Shown here: positions 27,990-40,470 of the stretch, in pieces
Layout of the letters: every line of letters starts with the position of its first letter
Position numbering within the stretch: position 1 is the stretch's first letter
NCBI RefSeq assembly: GCF_963676685.1
Contig: NC_092346.1
Span: 104,284,001 to 104,348,000 of the forward strand
Length of the DNA stretch: 64,000 bases
Direction: 5' to 3'
DNA from: Mytilus edulis
Lineage: Eukaryota
Notes under the pieces: model-generated
What the model was told of the DNA's origin: nothing
The model's input: the letters and a program-made list of their open reading frames with translations, nothing else
The model's database searches: none
Program-made: the position numbers and the translations under genes

Positions 27990-28170
27990 GTAGTCCATAT
28001 GAGATATTATGTGCTATTGAACCAATAAAACTTATGCCTTCATTTTGAGAAAATAAACCAGATACAGCCAGATGATTTATTTGTATATCAAAAGTGTTAT
28101 ATTTGTGGTTTAGAATGTTAAAATGCATTTATACAAGGACTGAAACTTACATGGATAAGAGGTTGCATAT
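27990..28170 (+). mobile_element. Decayed L1/Tx1-like LINE ORF2 fragment
   Basis: Broken frames read NKPD ... GL ... NAFIQGLKLTWIR, resembling the FIWxxKPDKI...GGL...ALKLTWIRR region of Tx1-like ORF2. Confidence 0.4.
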
Positions 28171-30357
28171 ACTCATAATGAATATGGGTAAGGAAAGTCT
28201 GTTTCGAAGAACAAGTGATATCTATTGAACTAATCTTAAAACGCCCATGAAAACGTCAAAAAAAATAATTGAAGATTTTGTTTTTACTTTGAAAACCCTT
28301 CATCAAATAAGAAAACCATTGTTTTATATTTTTCATGATGGGGTTTTTTAAGCCGACTATATGGTATGGGTTTTTATCATTGTAAAACGTCGTACGTTTG
28401 CATATAATTGCTTGCATTCACATCATTAGAACTATGGTGGTAGTTTCATTTGCAATCATGACACATCTCCTTATTTTAAGCTTGAATATGAAAGTGTATG
28501 ACTTGACAATGAATCAACACAGTATTCAATATTCAAAAACTTCCACATCTATTAAAGCTAAGATTTATGATAATAAACATTTGTTGCAGGATTTGAAAAA
28601 AATAAATATTTCAGTCTGAAACCTCCTCATTGCACTAGTTCTAGGCTAGTTCCTCATTCATATAGAATCCGACTGGCCAAGTTATTACTTGTGACCTTAG
28701 CATTGTCAATAACATTTTTCTGCGAAATGTGTTATTCAAAGGTCAGAAATATAGTGAGCTCATTTCAATAGGAAACAAAACTTGCAATATTAATGAATTC
28801 AGTCGATGATTATACCAGGCAATGGGTTTAAAGCGAAAAGAAGGCAGAGATACTCTTAAAGATGGCTGTGAGTTTGTTGATCAAAACTAAAGGAAAAAAC
28901 TGAATGAATCAATGAATACACATGATTCATCTATCTTCAAACTCCAAATGTTGTCCTACCTATATATACATCAACGACGCTAACCAAATATAACATTTTT
29001 AACGATCACAAGACTGTTTTATGCTCTTCTGAAGTTTTAACAAAAGATGATGAACCTAACCGTCTTTCACTGGCTGGATACCCAAAACTACATACATTTA
29101 TTAGCATTCAAATCTAGGCTTAACGTTTAATTTTAATCTACCATATCTAGGGCGCTGTTTATCAGTTGTGGATGCTGGAATATTCGACGAAAGACCTGTT
29201 AGAGTACATAACTCAAAGTTTCTATCATCTTTCAATATAACCGTTTTCACTTGTATACCACATTCTTAACTTAAAGACAGATTGAAAGATAACAAGTAAA
29301 ATAACAAAAATACCGAACACTATGCAAAATTCAAAACTCAAAACTGAAAGTCTTTTTCCAAATGCCAAACTCAAACTCTCAAATAAATCAAACGAATGGA
29401 AAACAACTGATACTAGAATATATAAAGAGTTTTGAACAAAACTATCGGTATTGTTATTTGAACTCATTTTCAAAATAAGCTAGAATTATACATTAACTTC
29501 TCTTTCCACTATACAGATGATGCTCTCTCATTAAATCAGATTTATGAGTTTAAATGTCCGTTTTATATCTTTCGTCGTTCTTCAACAAATTTAGAAATTA
29601 TAACGGAATTTAGATGGTGTATTATTTTAGATCCTCCTATTTAGTCATTTCTTTTTTAATAAATTTTACGAATTAAATATTTTATAGCTAACTTTAGCTT
29701 CAGACCACGTCTCAATGCAGATTATGAACAAAAAAGATAGGCTTTCTTGTGTACAATTTGGAAATTAGTATGGCGTTCATTATCACTGAACTAGTATATA
29801 TTTGTTTAGGGGCCAGCTGAAGGACGCCTCCGAGTGCGGGAATTTCTCTCTACATTGAAGACCTGTTGGTGACCTTCTGCTGTTGGTTTTTTTTCTATGG
29901 TCGGGTTGTTGTCTCTTTGGCACATTCCCCATTTCCATTCTCAATTTTATTTCTGTTTCAACGCATTTCAAACAGACAGTGCAAAGTAAATTTATTACTA
30001 AGAAATAAAGTCTTTTCTAAATTTCGAAAAACAGCTGTCATGTTTCTGGCTTGGTAAAGGCAGCTGTTTTTAAGAAAATTATGGATTAAAAATTGTTTTA
30101 TTGCTAGCAAAAATACGTAGAGACAGGGAGGGCCCTATATTCTGACTAAGACGTAGCATAAGAAGGTGTTATAATTTATCTCACTCTTAATTGTCTTAAA
30201 AAGGATAAATCTTTATCAATATCATGAAATAAGGACGCCTTAAGATAGTCATAAAATCCTTTCCGTCACAAATATTGTTTTGTATAGCCGTTTGATGTCT
30301 TCAAAATGACATTAGATTGAATACTTTTTTTTTATAAAAATGAGATTTGCAGTTCGG

Positions 30358-30672
30358 TTAACGACAATGTATAAAAAAATGTTCCGAAGAATTCAACCTG
30401 TGAAAACTCATTAAAGACACCAGCTGTATATGAAGTGTATGTAAAACTGTCAAGCTCAATTCATCTAACGGTTGAAGATTAATGTTAAATGAGGTAAAAT
30501 AATTTTTTAACGTAACTATTGATTGCCTTAAACAACATAAAAGAGCAGTCGGTGAAAAAATGGTGACATTCAATGTATATTTTGTTTTCAATTCTTTTTG
30601 ATAAATCATGAGAGTCTCTAAATCTCCTTGAATATAACTATTTCCTGGTGTCCAAACTCTCACAAAAGACAT
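30358..30672 (-). mobile_element. Probable decayed LINE remnant
   Basis: The ORF contains IQGDLETL and ends EHFFIHC, resembling post-RT and C-terminal zinc-knuckle motifs of LINE ORF2. Confidence 0.3.
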
Positions 30673-31903
30673 TCAACATCATATTATAGAATTATCCTAA
30701 CACAAACGTTTCTTTAAGTCTACAAATGCGTGATATATATCTGTTCTCTATATTTCATCTTCATTGTATTTTATTGTCGTTATTATAGTTATATAAATAA
30801 TTATTAATCTTACTGTATATCATAATACCTGTATTCATATTTAAATATATTGGACTTATTATTCTGCTGTAGAAGAAGATGAATTGTTGTAAATAAAATT
30901 TTATTAACACCTCCAGGCTTGGATAGTCATAAGATTACCCTTGCTCGGACTATCTAAGGACATAATTTTTGACAGCAAAAACATGTCGCTAGTGAGTTGA
31001 AACGTATCCTATTTGGAATGTAATCATATGTAATTTTAGATAATAGTCAATTGGAAAATTTCAAGCATATTTCAAAACATAGTGGTGTGGTTATTCCGTT
31101 TTAATTGTAACCTCGTTTAAAGTTTCATATAATAAGTAATATCTATCTATAAGAATGACTTCAAAACCAAATCAAACGGAAATTGGAAAATGGCGTAGTT
31201 CCAAATTTCTAGTCCATTTTTCTTTGTTATATTTACAGGTTAATTTCACAAACGAATAAATGTTATACAATGACAAAACGTTAACTTGAAATTTTTGAAT
31301 ACTTTCGAAGCAAAATATCATTGAATCGAGGCAATTTTTGCCGAAAAGCCTCACAGATAATCATAATTTTCAGAAGTAAAAATCATGATTCGAAAAGGGC
31401 AGACAACATCATGGCAAAAAAAACGAAAAAAAACCCACGATAAACAGAAAATTAATGCACGAAGCTCTTGGAGGTAAAGCAGTTTTTCATCAGATGATTG
31501 ACCTTTTGATTTTAAACGACCTCAACTACTGGTTAATAGTGGTCTTATTGTAGTATCTGATATAAGTTTTCAAAGTGATTTTTTCATTTCGGAAAGCTCA
31601 AGCAAAGTGAAAAAAGATAGAAAGTATACGTCAATGAGACAAAAACAAATCGATTTAAAATACCAAAAGTATATACAGTACAACAAACTTTTTCAACAAT
31701 AGAAATATATCTATACAATATGTCAACTTTTAAATCATCACTGGTGTAGAATATTTATGACTGTCTGAGATCTGCTATGAAAAAAAACTTCCTTAAATTA
31801 TCACATATTTGATTCAACACTATACACTCACTGACGATCTTCTTCCATTGGCACAAAACATGACACATCAAGTCAACGATGACCTTTTTTTAATTCTCAG
31901 AAT

Positions 31904-31949
31904 GAAGGAGGAGATATTCAAATTAAAAAGTCATGTGTCTGTATAAAAG
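31904..31949 (+). promoter_or_regulatory. Conserved promoter block of gene 6
   Basis: GAAGGAGGAGATATT...AGTCATGTGTCTG-TATAAAAG. An upstream AGTCAACGAT (31871) is also found at 21048 and 22743. Confidence 0.6.
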
Positions 31950-32026
31950 TGATATACACGAAAACATTTAATCATACTATAGAGGTTACCAGGATATTTC
32001 AAAACGGATTCATTTTTGATAGAAAT

Positions 32027-32299
32027 ATGACAACCAACGAAACGTTCATTCCGAAAGATATTTATAACAAAAATGAGCATCACGGCGGAAACTGTTCAAT
32101 TGTATTTAAGGGTAAATCGTGCTGTGAGCGATATTATATCTTTGAACCGAATTGTCAATGCGCTATCCCAAAACCTGTTCAAAAATGGTATCACAAGAGC
32201 AGTTATTGTCAACCTTATATTAAAAAAGAAATTGTTAACGGACGTTTGTTTATTTATCTATGTATGAGATGCTACTGTTATGAGAAACACTCATCTTGA
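32027..32299 (+). CDS. Double H-C-CxC motif protein, cluster gene 6 (90 aa)
   Basis: True ATG at 32027. HHGGNC-x19-CQC-x10-HKSSYC-x20-CYC, shares CQPYIKKE and MRCYC with gene 5, donor AG|GTAAGA at 32318. Confidence 0.85.
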   Translation: MTTNETFIPKDIYNKNEHHGGNCSIVFKGKSCCERYYIFEPNCQCAIPKPVQKWYHKSSYCQPYIKKEIVNGRLFIYLCMRCYCYEKHSS

Positions 32300-32671
32300 A
32301 TGAATGTTTGATATGAGGTAAGATATCGTATATCAACAAAATAACACAATATTAACAAAAATAAATAACAATTCACTTTAAATAATAAAACTATACTGTC
32401 ATTTTTATAATATGTTTTGTAAAACTACTGTTAAATCAAAACTTAACCGAATAACGTAGATTTTACAAGTATGTAGTTTTAAAATTACTATAGGGTAAAT
32501 GATAAATGATATAGTAAAATAAAAGTCCTAGTGAGGTTGATAGCATGAAAAAAATATAAATACTTCATGCTAAGTTTGTTTTATTGAATATCTCAAAACA
32601 TATATGCTTTTCAAATATTAGTTTCGAGATAGGAATTAGCAATTGCAACGAATTCCCAAAAGAGCAAAACT

Positions 32672-33240
32672 AAAGTATGGGTCCGGTAAGGGCCGATTTT
32701 GGCCTCAAACTTCAGGTTCATCTGATGAAAGATTTTGGTCACTTTTTAAACACTTTTGTCTACTTCAGTCGATTCAATTAGTTTACGTGAAAGATTTGAA
32801 CTGATTTAGCCAAATTCAAGCTTAAATATGAAAAATATTTCAAATATACCATAATATGTCACTTTTCAAATGTTTTTTTTTTTTAATGAAAGTGGCCGCA
32901 TTCATGTACAAATTCAACCCTTAGATATGTTATGTATTATCATCAAATACACTTACATTTAAATATTAAGAAGGAACACAAATGCGGCCACTTCCATTTA
33001 ACAAGTAAACCGTCTTAAAATTACTAGTACCTCAAATGATAAAATTGTGAAGATTTCAGTAATTTAGCATGACTTCATATAAAGTACCCGATACATGTGC
33101 ATTGTATTGTCAAAAATATCCCATATCTATGTAACAGAAATATTCCACACTCCGATAAATAGCTAATAGTTTACATTCTAACATTTTTGTAAAACCGCTA
33201 TATTTTGGGGCAAAAGGGGTCTTACTGGGCATACTCCTTT
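32672..33240 (+). mobile_element. MITE, degraded copy inside the gene 6 intron
   Basis: Collinear with 58534-59116, with imperfect terminal inverted repeats. Confidence 0.75.
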
Positions 33241-33964
33241 CTTCTGCACTTGTTTTACTCACAGGGTAAACCTTTTAAAGTTGATAAAACTTTCATGTAT
33301 ACAAAAAATCTTTATAACATCAAAAAACATAATTAGTCTACAGTTTTTTATGTTTTTATAAAATCAAAACGTTATACAGAGCTACCAATTGCAGTTTACG
33401 TCAATTTTGAAACATTATCGCAAATTATAAAAGCTCTTGGGTTTTTACATCGAATACATTCAGTTAATCAAAATTAAATCATTTTGTATCTGACAGAAAT
33501 ATAGAACTACTTCAAATAGGATGGTAATTTGGTTTTGAATATCCTTTTTTTAGTTTTATTGAATTATACCAAACTATTATAACTTAACTTTTGTGAAAGT
33601 TTAGGACTGTACCAGATCATATTGCACTGTTGTCTCTTTTGTAAATACTTAACCATCGTCCACTTTGGTTTTTAAAATGTATAACGTTTACTATTTTTTA
33701 GTCAAATCAGAATAAATGTGATTAATTTTACATCATTATTATCATACTGATAAGGATATCTGTTAATTTATATATTCATTCATATTTTATAGATTTATTT
33801 GTGATGTCCTTTTTCTCATTTTTGTTTATTGGCCAGCTACAGCCTGTTTTCGGGTGTGTGATTTTCTCGCTGTGTTGAAGACCCATTGGTGTCTGGGCTG
33901 TACTTTGGTCGGGTTTTGTCTCTTTGACAATTTTCCATTTTCAATTACATACATATATATATAA

Positions 33965-34390
33965 ATATAGATTCTATCACTGCATCGAGTGTGATACGAT
34001 ATTTATTCACTCGAGACAGTTAAATTTTCAAATTTAAAACGCGAGCTTTTTAAATATTTAAAATTTAACTGTCGAGTGAATAAAAAACGTATTACACGAG
34101 ATTTGGTGGTGGAATCGGTTTCTCTAATGATTTTCTAATAACATGCAGGCAAACTTATTCCTCCTTTTCGAAGGATCTGCAAAAAGATGGTTTTTTTTCT
34201 ATGTGACGTCATCAGGCATGGTCACCTTTTTCATGCTGTTACAATAGGAAATTAAGAAGAAAGCAAGACATTTCGACGTCATAATCGGATTTAAACCAAT
34301 GAATAACTGAGATTAAACTAACCACACATTGATTAAATTTCTTTTATACAAAGGGCGAAGAAAGGGAAAAATTGACGAAGAATTAGAGAA
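33965..34390 (+). repeat. Interspersed repeat with internal palindrome (copy 2)
   Basis: Homologous to 3335-3750. Confidence 0.7.
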
Positions 34391-34539
34391 ATGTATATAT
34401 GTAATGCGTAGAAAATCAGTAGATATGATTCCTTACTTCCTCTCCGACCGGGGCTGGAACCTCTACTTTTAACTTCATACTTCTACGAAAACACTGCCTA
34501 GACCTGAGCAAACATCGTTGAGCTAAATTTGAGATAGCA

Positions 34540-34581
<42 letters not shown>

Positions 34582-36711
34582 CTAGTACGTTGTTGTTAGC
34601 CCTATATAACCACCTATTATCCGATGGTCTGTAATAAGGTTGTATCATGTTTAGACGTAAATAAAATTGAGAATGGAAATGTGGATTATGTCAAAGAGAC
34701 AACAACCCGACCAAAGCATATTCATATATACTTATTTACATATATAAAGATAGCGAGCATGTACAATCGAATTTTGCTAAGTCTGTTTGATTTCATGTGT
34801 AAGTTAAAAATGGAATCTTCTTTTTATCTACATAAAACTGATTACTTATGGACCAGATAAGTCTGTAAATATGCTATTTTAAGTGTTTTCTTTTATTCAA
34901 TTTTCAATGTTTGCATACTTTTGTTTTAAATATGTGAACATGCTGACGCATACATGCGCAAATATATCCAAACTGAAGGTTGTATGAATACGGAATTAAA
35001 TTAGTTTACTTGAAAGTCAATATTACATAATTCATGGCTTTTTATGATTTTATTTTGACGCAAATGATCAAACTGATTGCTAATAAAGAAATATTGTTTA
35101 TTCTGATTTGATAAATGTTTACAATACAAAACTCGTATTTTTTGTCGATTTCGTAGCAAATAACACTTTGAATTTCTTGTAAGCGATAAATTGAACAAAA
35201 GAAATGGAAATTTCGAAGTATTATAAAAAGAAAAACATTACAAACTGTATATTCCAAAATTTATCACAAATTGGAATATTTATTTGCTTGCTATTATTTG
35301 TGGTGATTGAAAATATATCTTTCAAATGTATGAATTCACACAAATATGAATAAAAGAACATCTTTGCTATAAACGTCAATGAGATAACTACTCTCAGAAG
35401 ATTAACAACGAAAGATATCTAAAGGGCAAACTACATTAGTCTGTAACAAATGACAGGTTTCTTTATAACATGTCCTGATCAAGTTGTCCAAAAGTTGTGA
35501 ATAAATGAAGAACAAAATATAAAAGATCTTCCACCAACACAAACTATTTTGGAGGTATGGTTATTCTCGTTTACTTATTATACTGTTGTTCATTATACCG
35601 GATAATTTCCGTACATAAAGCGTTTGATCTATTTGTTCCATTCCTTGTCTGAACATTTTGTTATCACATATGCACACAAGTCTTAAATCAATGAACACAA
35701 TGTTTGTTCTTTTAATAAAACTATTTCGAAGCATTTTGAACTTTTGAACATCTGGTGCAGGAAAATTGGTACCGTTAATGTTATTAACTCATCCAAAGTA
35801 TACATAATAATTCAATTGATATTTCAACTTTAATTGTGTTATTCAAATTGACTAATAGGATTTAAAACAATACTGAAACATTTTACTCGTCGAAATATGC
35901 CCATCGATTTGTATCAAAGAATGAGTGAAAGGTTTGGCTTCTGAAAGTATGTGGACTGTGCTCAGGACTTTATTTCACAATAGATATCTCTCAATCCAAG
36001 TAACAATGTTTAAAAGTAAACCATTATAGATCAAGGTACTTCAACACGGAACATTGGCTCACACCGAACAGCAAGCTATAAAGGGCCACAAAAATTACTA
36101 GTGTAAAACCATACAAACGGGAAAACCAACGGTCTAATCTATATAAAAACAAAAAAACGAAAAACACTTATAAACCAAATAAACAGACGAAAACCACTGA
36201 ACATCAGATTCCTGACTTAGGACAGGTGCAAACAATTGCAGCGGGATTAAACGTTTAAATGGTTCTAAACTTTCTCCCTTTTCTGAAACAATAGTATAAC
36301 ATAACAACATAGAAAGACACACTATAAAATATCAATTTGAATGACTTTACTAAATCAAAAAACGTAGTGACACAAATTTACACACAATGAAAGAATAAAT
36401 TTGATCTGTGATACAATGTAAACACATAGTTAATAATAATAAGGGATGATTAAAGTAAAAGTATAAAACTGCTGTGTAATGTTAAACAATTTTAGAAAAA
36501 CATCAACTATAAAAACAAAAATACGTCATATTATACACAGGTAAAGGAAAATAATTTTGTTGTTAAGTATACTTCTTCTGTCTATATTATTTTTCGTTTA
36601 GAGCTATAAACAAATCTACTTTAGCGATTTTTTTGTTAAATGCTGACACTTCATACCTGTTATAATTAATAACTGCTAGATTTATAATACTAATTATATT
36701 CTATTTTCTAG

Positions 36712-36900
36712 GTAAACAAAATCATCAAGATGTGTCTTAAATGGATTGTTCGATTATCGATTGTGGTTGCGTCTCAGAAAAAAAGAAGACGAATATAAAT
36801 TATGTTATTATTATTGACATTCAAATGGTTTAGAAAATGTTGAACATGTCTGAAGTTAAAAACGTAAAATGTGTGTGTATAAGTAGAAAATTTGAATGTA
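36712..36900 (+). other. Putative non-coding 3'-UTR exon of gene 6
   Basis: CTAAT plus TTCTATTTTCTAG ending 36711. GTAAACAAAATCATCAAGATGTG matches GTAAAGATATCATCAAGATGTG at 25300. Confidence 0.6.
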
Positions 36901-37779
36901 AGATAATGACAAATTTATTTTAAAATGCTTCCCAATGGTACAACCACTACGTTGGTTGCGTAAGTGTTTTGCTATCTTCAGTTGCATGTGTATTGTTTGT
37001 AAATTGGTGTTTTTGTCTTCAAATGTTTCCTTTAGCAATAGTGTTGTTTGAACTTCGTTGACATTCTAATCATTCATGTTTTTTAATTACTTAAAAAATA
37101 AAGACTAACAGAACTTAGAAAATAAATCTAACCAAATAAAAGACAAAAGACAGAACAGTAATGGCGGCCAAACATTTTGACCCAAACAGTTTTAGTTAAT
37201 CGATAAAGTTATTATAGCTCGTGAACAAACTAAACACACACGGTCACAAAAAAAGAAAAAAATAACTATTTAGTAATTCGGAGCACTTGTAAAGAAGGCG
37301 AAATAAGTTGCCACGTCCCGACATCAACCGAAATAATTTTCATATGAATTCAAAGAAAACAAAAAACACCATTTTAGCAGCACATTATGTACCCGTACCC
37401 GTGCAAATTTGGACATTAAGACAAAAAGTTCAGACGTACTCATCTTTGTAATTCACACTAATTCTACTTTGCTGGTTTAAACTTTTCCATTTAAAGGAAG
37501 TATGTCCTTGGATTTTCAATATTTTTCTTTAATTTTCATGCACTAGTCATCAAGATACCTTTAAGGTCAATTTATTTGGCAACCATTATATATTTCATCT
37601 ATATTGCGTTTTTGAAGATATAAATAAGAAGATTTGGTGTAATTCACAATAACAACTATCCACCAGAGACCATATGACATATATTTAAGCAAACACGGGT
37701 CATCGTACAGCCTTCAACATTTAGCAAAATTATAAAAAAAAACCAAAAGACCAATTCCAAAGTAAATCTAAAGAAAGGG

Positions 37780-38290
37780 AAAGTAAAATCACAAAAATAC
37801 TGAACTCCGAGAAAAATTCAAAACGGAAAGTACCTAATCAAATGGCAAAATCAAAGGATAAAACACATCAAACGAATGGACAACTCTCATATTCCTGACT
37901 TGGTAAAGGCATTTTCAAATGTAGAAAATGGTTGATTGAACCTAGTTTTATAGCACTTAACCTCTCACTTTTATGACAGTCGCATCAAATTCCGTTATTT
38001 TTACAACGATGCGAGAACAAAACAGACACAATCGGTAAAATAGTCAAAATATGGTTACAGCAGCCATCACTGTGTTACAATTTCATGCAAACAAACATTT
38101 ACAAAAAACACAAAAAGCATCAATCAAATTAAAAAACACATTCTTTGTTTTGCGTGATTGGCGTCAGAAAATCCAAACGTCACAAAAAGGAAATTTTCTC
38201 GTTCACTGTCTATTCAAAACAAATATGACTCACATAGGTCATAGTGGTATGCAAGGTTATAAAATCAAAAGTTATTACAATTAATTTTAG
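37780..38290 (+). repeat. Interspersed repeat family C (AAAGTAAAATCACAAAAATACTGAACT...)
   Basis: A reverse copy at 42210-42890 interrupts the LINE. Fragments at 24230-24500 and 50000-50290. Confidence 0.75.
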
Positions 38291-39196
38291 AAGCAGACCG
38301 TGAAAAAAAAAATTATCCAGCAGTTCTTTAGAAATTTTAAGAATCCATATATGGTTAATACTACTACGCGAGTGAAATAATTTTGTCGTTTGTCGTTCAA
38401 AGTATTGTCAAATTTATAATAGACCAATAACATAGTGACATATAATAGAACAACAACATAATGACGTGATCTTTTAAAGTACAGAGTCACGTTGTAAGAA
38501 ACAAGGAAACACAAAAAGTCGTTTCTGACTATGTTTGCGTTTGCTTTTGAAGCACTCTCTGTGTTTCTATTGTTCCGTTGTTGTCCTTTTGTAGTTGATG
38601 ACTTTCTCTCGGTTCTGGTTTTTGATCCGGATTGTTATATAGCTTAATTGATTTAAGACTATTGAATAATGTTACACATCTGTTGCACTTTTTTAACCTT
38701 TATGGAATATCATTTTCAATCTTTGTTACAACAATCCCGAACCTTTTCAAGAATTTGATCCACTGAATTATACTTATGACCGGGGTTATACCTACATGAG
38801 CAAACTGATCACTGTCCCATATGGAGCAGGATCAGCTTACCCTTTAGTTTTCTATATTGTGTTTTGTAAGGGTTATCCTAAGGATTAGTCTTTTAGGTCT
38901 TTTTATTTTCCATGACGTTACTTTTATATCTTCAACCAGTGGGTTTAAATGTCCCGTTTGGTATAATTGAAATATTTACATCAGTTTATTTAGTTGCATT
39001 AATAACATGTATATGGTAACTCATAGAATTTAGAAGTAATTTGTTTAAAGTGACAAAAACCCTAAATATTATAAAGATCGGATGTAAAAATAAAACGTAG
39101 CTTCAACAGGTTTGTACATGTAAAAGTGTCCTCAATCCATAACTAAAGACAAGTTTGGTCCTTATCAACCCTTATGTAATTCCAATATGTAAATTT

Positions 39197-39939
39197 AATT
39201 ATCTTTGGCTCAGAATATAAAACAAGATAAATAAAACTTTTATTTTGGCCGAAAATTATTGTACAAGTTCATTTAACAAATAATTTATACACATACATGC
39301 CATAGAGTAAACACAATTGCGGGCCCTACAAAAATAAACCGCACAAATTAAATCTGTCAATATTAAACTCACAAGTACAATAATTAAACATTAGGGATGG
39401 GTGGGAGGGTAACTAATCGAAAATATATCTAATAATGATTACAAAGTTACTAAGAAGTACTCACTGAACATATACTATAGATAGTGGAGAATTACGAAAT
39501 GTCGAAGAAAACGAACTTCGCATATAATTATGCGTTTTTAGAATTAAAAACTATACAATTATCTTTGGCTCAGAATATAAAACAAGATAAATAAAACTTT
39601 TATTTTGGCCGAAAATTATTGTACAAGTTCATTTAACAAATAATTTATACACATACATGCCATAGAGTAAACACAATTGCGGGCCCTACAAAAATAAACC
39701 GCCAAACAAGCCCGCAAAAGACAAAAAGAAAAAAAAGAAAAAGAAAAATAAATAATAAAAAAAAGAAACACCATATAGTGCACTGCTTTTAACTAATCGA
39801 AAATATATCTAATAATGATTACAAAGTTACTAAGAAGTACTCACTGAACATATACTATAGATAGTGGAGAATTACGAAATGTCGAAGAAAACGAACTTCG
39901 CATATAATTATGCGTTTTTAGAATTAAAAACTATACAAT
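39197..39939 (+). repeat. Tandem duplication A-x-B-A-y-B
   Basis: 39197-39342 equals 39557-39702 and 39411-39559 equals 39791-39939. The middles (68 and 88 bp) differ. Confidence 0.9.
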
Positions 39940-40121
39940 AAAATAGAAAATAAAATTTTAGATTTTAAATATACAGCCAATATAATGTTTGTCCATTGGG
40001 TGAAGATCACTTTATAAAGTCTTAATCTTCTTTTGCATCATTATTCTCTGAGTATGAGTCCATAACAAAGATCTCTACTTAGATTTTCTATTTGAGTAAT
40101 TGTCTCTGGACCTAATATAAA

Positions 40122-40470
40122 AAAGAAGATGTGGTATGATTGCCAATGAGACAACTGTCCACAAGAGACTAAAGTGACAGAGACATTAACAACTATAGGT
40201 CACCGTATGGCCTTCAACAATGAGCAAAGCCCATACCGAAAAATCAGCTATAAAAGGCCCTGATATGACAATGTAAAACAATTCAAACGAGAAAACTAAC
40301 GGCCTTATTTGTATAAAAAAAATGAATGAAAAACAAATGTGTAACACATAAACAAACTACAACCACTAAATTAAAGGCTCCTGGCTTGGGACAGGCATTA
40401 TCATAAATAATGTGGCGGGGTTAAACATGTTAGCGGGATCCCAACCCTCCCCTAACCTGGGACAGTGGTA
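40122..40470 (+). repeat. Repeat family B, well-preserved copy
   Basis: Homologous to 26093-26450. Confidence 0.75.

Noticed and set aside
12070-32299. Cluster as known secreted antimicrobial peptides or metallothioneins
   Set aside because: There is no signal peptide, Cys content is low, and aromatic residues are abundant, unlike metallothioneins.
39197-39939. CRISPR-like repeat-spacer array
   Set aside because: There are only two units of about 150 bp, no cas genes, and the context is eukaryotic.
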